From Bugula neritina (taxonomy: Eukaryota; Animalia; Bryozoa): DNA of 64,000 nt. Shown one piece after another: positions 58,441 to 64,000 of the stretch. A model generated the notes under the pieces. That model saw only the letters and a program-made list of their open reading frames with translations. It ran no database searches and was not told the origin of the DNA. The stretch spans positions 8,256,698-8,320,697 of the forward strand of contig OZ037765.1 in NCBI GenBank assembly GCA_964035545.1. Reading direction: 5' to 3'. The translations under genes were made by a program, and so were the position numbers. The number at the start of each line of letters is the position of its first letter. Positions within the stretch are counted from its first letter, which is position 1.

Positions 58441-60311
58441 TTCAACACAGTAGTTTGAACTGAAGGTAATCAATACTTACTTCTACCTTGAATTATAAGA
58501 AGCAAAACATGTCAATCTTACTATTCAATCTAGTTCAGGCTAAGTAAATGCAAATACAATTATATAATTTCTGTTTTTAATTCATTATTTGAATTAACAA
58601 AAATTTCTAAGTATTATGAAATTCTGAGCTCATATATTAGCAGATTCTGAATCATGAAGTAAATTTATTTCATTATTGCGCATAATTTGGATTTAGTTGT
58701 TATTAAGTCAGCAAGGGTGGCTTGAAACTCATAATAAATTTGCGGAAATTTTAAAATTTCAAATAGTCAATAGCATACAGGCACATAAAAATTAATAGCA
58801 TGTATGAAATTTAATTACACAATTTACCAATAAAATAACATAGTTTATATTGAAATTTTACAATGATTTTAAATTATATATTATATATTAATTATGTTTT
58901 TGTGTAATTTTTTGTGTTTGCATTTGAGTCAACATTTACCGATAATAAAGTAATTCTTAAAACTCTTTTAACTATTTACAGACCTGTGGAGTATGGGATT
59001 AAATAATCAGATATGACAAAGAGTTGCATAGGTTCATTCACTCATTGCGGACAAAACTGTTTTCCAAAAGTTGAAGCATGATAATACCATATATTTATAC
59101 TCTAATGTCTGAAGTAAAAGTCTAAAGGTAAAGTTTAAAGGTACATGGTTTTTCTGCTCACTCTCACAAACTCAGAGTACAGTACAAGATTGATCATGCA
59201 CACCTTTTTTTTATTATAACCGCTTACTTTCATAGTTGATATTAAAATTATAACTAAAAGATATTTATGATAACCACTGCCATGTTGATAGTGATGCTTC
59301 CTCCTCAGTTTAAATTTCACTTTTAGTTTGACATTTACTTATATTATTTCAACTTCGAGTTTTTTTATTTATATTCACTCATTTGCAAGATCCAGAGAGT
59401 AATACTAATACTAATAAGTAATAGACATTGTCAATCTAAGAGTAACTCTGTAATACTAATACTAATAGCAATACTTGACCTAATCGCAGATTCAGATATA
59501 CTTATAATGATAGTCATACTATTACTCATACTTATAACGGTATCCATATTATTATTATACTTCTAGTGATACTGATGACTGATGAGTGACTGTGATGTCT
59601 CATTATTCATCAGTCATCACTGGCCAGCAATTAACTCTAAGAGTAAGAGTAAGATTAAGAATAATATAAGAGTAAGAGTGAGACTGAGTGTAACTGTTAG
59701 TGTTACACTTACTTAGTACTTGTGCACAAACTTTCATAACTACCTACTCTAACTCTAAGAGTAAGTCTAAGACTAAGAGTAAAGTAGGACTAGCTGTAAC
59801 ACTAACTTGTAAAAGTGAGTAACAGTCTTAGTACTACTACTAGATTTAGTAACAACTATTTATATTACTAACACAAACAGCATCAGTATGACTATGAGTA
59901 ACACCAACAGACAACAGTAACACCAAATCTAAGAGTAAGTCTAAATGAAAGTCTAACAGTAACTCAGACACTAACGCAGACACTAACTCAGACATCAACC
60001 CAGACACTAAGAGTAAGTCTAACAGTAATAGCAAGTGATACTAAATCTAATAGTAATAATAATTATAATATTTATATTGATATTCATATTGAGAGCAAAT
60101 CTAACGAATTTTCTTGTTAAATAATTTAAACTAATATAATTTTAAAAATATATATAAAGTATCAAATAAAGTTTGATGGAAATAAACCCTTTGGTACCGT
60201 TTAGTCTTTAGATTCAGAATGAAAATTATGGAATTTTTCCAAGTTGAACAGTCTCTCTAGTGTCTCTCTATGACTAGTCTCTTATTGTTAAGCGAAGTAA
60301 GGGAAAAACGC

Positions 60312-60462
60312 TTGAAGCAGCATGAACTTGGGGGTGACCAAGTGTTGCGCTTCAAATGTATTAATTTTAGAATCGGGGGTTTAGAGTTCAGACGAAGATA
60401 ATTATATTGTCTACAAACACTGGCTTCAGTCAACCTAACTCGGTGCTGCCTCTAGCAAGTTC
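60312..60462 (-). mobile_element. ~150-bp TIR-bounded (MITE-like) element, copy 2
   Basis: TIRs TTGAAGCAGCATGAACTTGGGGGTGAC / GTCAACCTAACTCGGTGCTGCCTCTA; homologous to 23941-24084. Confidence 0.6.
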
Positions 60463-61279
60463 CCTTGTAAGTAGTAACAGTCTAAGGGTTAAAGTTTAAT
60501 AGATCACACTGGTAACAGTTGTAGTCCAATGAATTAAAACTTTGTAAGTTATGTTTCAATGGTAATTGGTTTTGTGGATGACCAACACCCCATACTTCAA
60601 GCCTCATACGTTGAAACCCAAACTATTGACATCAAACTAATTAACCGCCATGACTTTTCTCAACCTAATGCCTGGTTACCATTATTTGAAACAATGTATA
60701 AATGTAATATAATTATATTGTATTATCACTTTTATCGTTGCCAGTGCTTATATTCAGTGTGCTTAGGTGTCTTTTCTGTAATAGATAAAAAGATCTTTTT
60801 GCTAAATACCTATAGCTCTTATAATGTTACATTATACTTAGATATACTTATGTGTTATGATATGCTTTCTAAAATATAGCTTCTGTTTGGTGCTATATCA
60901 AAAGTTTTTTTTATAGCTGATCCTGAAAACTTGGAATCTATTTAACATAAATATTATTTATTGCAGTCATAATATTTCTATATAACATCTTGCAGCATTA
61001 TGCCACATGCATTATAATATAATATTAGTATATAATATAATTGAGTAAAAAGTTATAAGTAAAAAGATGCACTTGCACATCGTATTAATCTATGTTACAT
61101 TATAGCTAAATTCATTTTTCACATTTACAAATTTGTAACTATAATATATGATTAATAACAGGGCATATCATTTCAATATCAGACAGAAATAGGACAGCCA
61201 TGAACGTTTCCATTGTTGTGCGACATCTGCTGCCTACATTGTAAGACTTATCTGCGACTTTGCTTCTAAGAACTTCATA

Positions 61280-64000
61280 TTAGGGCTTCCTTATAGGGTC
61301 CAGTTTGGGAGAACGGAAGCCTCTATGACTTAATCTCAAGTCTTGCGGGTGCTTATAAGGGTCATTTGGATAATCATGTAGCACCATGGTGTTTGTACGA
61401 GCAAATCCATGTTCGGCTTCTCTTAACCTAGTTTGCAAATCTTGCCTTTCTCGAGCCCACACCCGGGAGTTGTCTGCCAATGTTCTTTCTAATGTAATAA
61501 CTCGGCTCTCTGCTTTTTCCAATTGTTCAAATAGCTGTAACTTTTCAGTTTCACTTGTTCCACTTTCCTGCAATTGTAAGTTAGGTAGGTCTGTAAACAT
61601 GCATGCAACATCTTCAACATTATTTTTATATTGAAAGAAGATGCAGCAACTGTTTTGCCTTTTCTCCCTATACAACTGTGGTGCACAAATATTAGACTTA
61701 GCTGGCTTTAGGTTCAAAGTGAAGTTCTGAAGTTATTTGTATGTCCTTACTCTTGCTTGCTGTAAATCTTTTCTGAGCCGTTGGTTTTCTTCATTTAGTG
61801 CCTTGGAAGCATCATCAACATTAAACTTTTTGCTTTTCAAGACTTTTTCCATATTTTCTATAACCTTTTCTTGTTGGAAGCATGCTTTTTCTAACCTCTG
61901 CGCTTTTTCAGCTTTGTCCTAAAAGCAAATAATGAGAAATAAAAACCTTATCCAAAGATCTGAATTTTCTTAGATGTCATTTTTATCATTAGCATATTTT
62001 GAAGAAACAATATGTATTATATAATATGTAGTTCAGTAAATTCTAGCTTAACTAGTCAATTTTAACTAGACGCAGTTGATTATTGATATATGCAGCAGTT
62101 GGTGCTATTTGCTTGCTAACATTTGTGACACATTAAACTTTTATTAAAATTCTAAGTTACATACATCATATATGCTGAAAAATTGTAGCTTACCTGAAGC
62201 TTATGCACAACCTGCAACTGTGCAACATGGGCTCTTTTCAACTCATCATACTTTTTTTCCCTTTCATCTCTTTTTAAAATCTCTGCTTGTAACTTTTGTA
62301 TCTTGCTTTTCAGTTCAATGTTTTCATTAGATTGTGTTTGTACTCTCTGTTTCAAGGTCATATATCTCACTATCAATTCATTTTTGTCTATTGCATCAAA
62401 ATCCGCTGCAGAGGTAGCCATCAATTCTTTTCTTGTTTCATCAAACCTGGAGAATATGCATTGAGTAAATGACCAAACTTACTATGCAGCTGTATCATAA
62501 TATTATAACACAAGGTGTATTTAATTTTTAAATGGCTTGAGTCTTCAATTGTTACCCATGAACGTTTTCAACTGAACACCATATACAAGCATGCTCAAAG
62601 TTTTATTATAGATAAGTAATAGAATGATAACAACATTAGGATTGTGTTTATTTTTTGCCCCTATAAGCAGAGTAACTGACCAAACACAAATATAAATTCA
62701 TATATAGCTGATAAAAATATGTCAACCTTATTGATAATGTACCCACACGCAACATATTATATTGTAGCTAGAGCTGTAATAGTATGTGTTATATCTTTCA
62801 GATATGGGAGTTACCTGTTCAACTGGCGACGTAAAGAGGAGTTGTCATCCTCCAAGTCGTGTATATGATCTCTCAGCATAAGAATATCTTTGCCCATTTT
62901 GTGCACTGCTTGTCTGTAGTTCTCTAATTCTCTCATCTGGGAGTAAATAACAGAGCTACATTTTTTTAATCAAATCAAAACCAAAGCTGGTGCATTTTCT
63001 CTCAATTGAAACGCATGATGTTTAAAACATTCTAAATCAAGAATCCCAAGTGTATGATAGTACTTATTTCTTGATATATAGTTATTAGTAAAATAAATGA
63101 TGCATATAAACATATAAATCTAACCTAACAAAAGTATCCAAGCAATTCTAATTATTTACAAGTGTTTATATACAGGTAACTATAAAATGAAATATACAGA
63201 TTTCTACTTTAGTAGCGTGTAACATTTACTTAGTGAGTTGAATTTAAATACTTAAATGCAAAATAATTGCATTTTTGCTGCTTGGCTGGATGTGCAGTTT
63301 ATAATAAGTTATCATTGAAGCTTTACCTGATAGTCTAGTAATCCCATCTGACTTTCCTCTAATGTTGGTTTGACATTTGCCTTGACATTGCTGGGATTAA
63401 CAGCTGGAGTCTCAACAGGCTCTTCAACTCTCTTACTAGGCTTGGGAGTTGCCACTGGACTATCTTCTTCTATTTTTTCCTCAGGTTGAGTCTCTGCTGG
63501 CTTATCTTTCTTCTTACGATTGGGATCATAGAAGATGTACTTGTAGTCAGGTAGGATATTCTCAATTGCATCAGGAGACGGCAGTTCACCTGGGTCATCT
63601 TTCTGTTAATAAAATTAGTTTCTATATATAAATTTTAGTTCTGAGTTTCAAGAGATAGAAAATTTACATATTGCTCGTATAGTTGTACATCTTGCTAGTT
63701 AAACAGCAATAAGAAAATTTGCAAGCATTATTATTTGCTGAGTCACTAAACACATTTCATATCTAAAAACCTGCTTTTAGAAGTACAAATAATCACTTTG
63801 GAGATCTATACATGTTCCTTTGAAGAGGTTTGTTTTATTAAAACAATAACTATTTTTTCCAACTTCTGTTTAAAGTTTCTTGATGAAATAGATTCACTGA
63901 AATCAATAAGGTAAACACACACACACACGCACACAAGCACGCACGCACCTGTATTCTGAACATTTTAAGTGTAATGCAGCTCACAGTTGAATAAATTTGT
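61280..64000 (-). CDS. CCDC33: Coiled-coil protein CCDC33-like, 3' exons only (approx. 63327-63602, 62816-62937, 62194-62446, 61751-61918, 61280-61568); gene continues past the window
   Basis: ELENYRQAVHKMGKDILMLR; KIQKLQAEILKRDEREK; QQEKVIENMEKVL; EKLQLFEQLEKAESRVITLERTLADNSRVWARERQDLQTRLREAEHGF resemble the recalled CCDC33 C-terminus in the same order. Confidence 0.78.

Overview
AT-rich, intron-rich animal (invertebrate-type) genomic DNA. It is not prokaryotic and has no CRISPR array or rRNA. The window opens in the 3' half of an apparently intact Ty3/Gypsy LTR retrotransposon (RNase H end, integrase, PPT, probable 3' LTR). Between pol and the LTR the element carries an extra gene that appears to be spliced and encodes a tandem zinc-finger, Arg/Ser-Pro, coiled-coil protein; this is the most unusual item in the window. 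Host genes, assembled by hand from GT-AG exons: CFAP410/C21orf2 (+), HUS1 (-), tRNA-Arg(CCG) (+), CBL (+), a 66-aa G-protein gamma subunit missing from the ORF track (+), SH2D4 (-), KIF12 (-), CDIPT (-) and the 3' part of a CCDC33-like gene (-). Also present: two copies of a tRNA-derived SINE with target-site duplications; two copies of a ~145-bp TIR element at inferred promoters; fold-back repeats; mini- and microsatellites; 6-bp-periodic ACT/AGT cryptic repeats near most gene starts; and several candidate alternative exons. Gene identities come from recalled similarity to known proteins, not from a database search, and exon edges were read manually.
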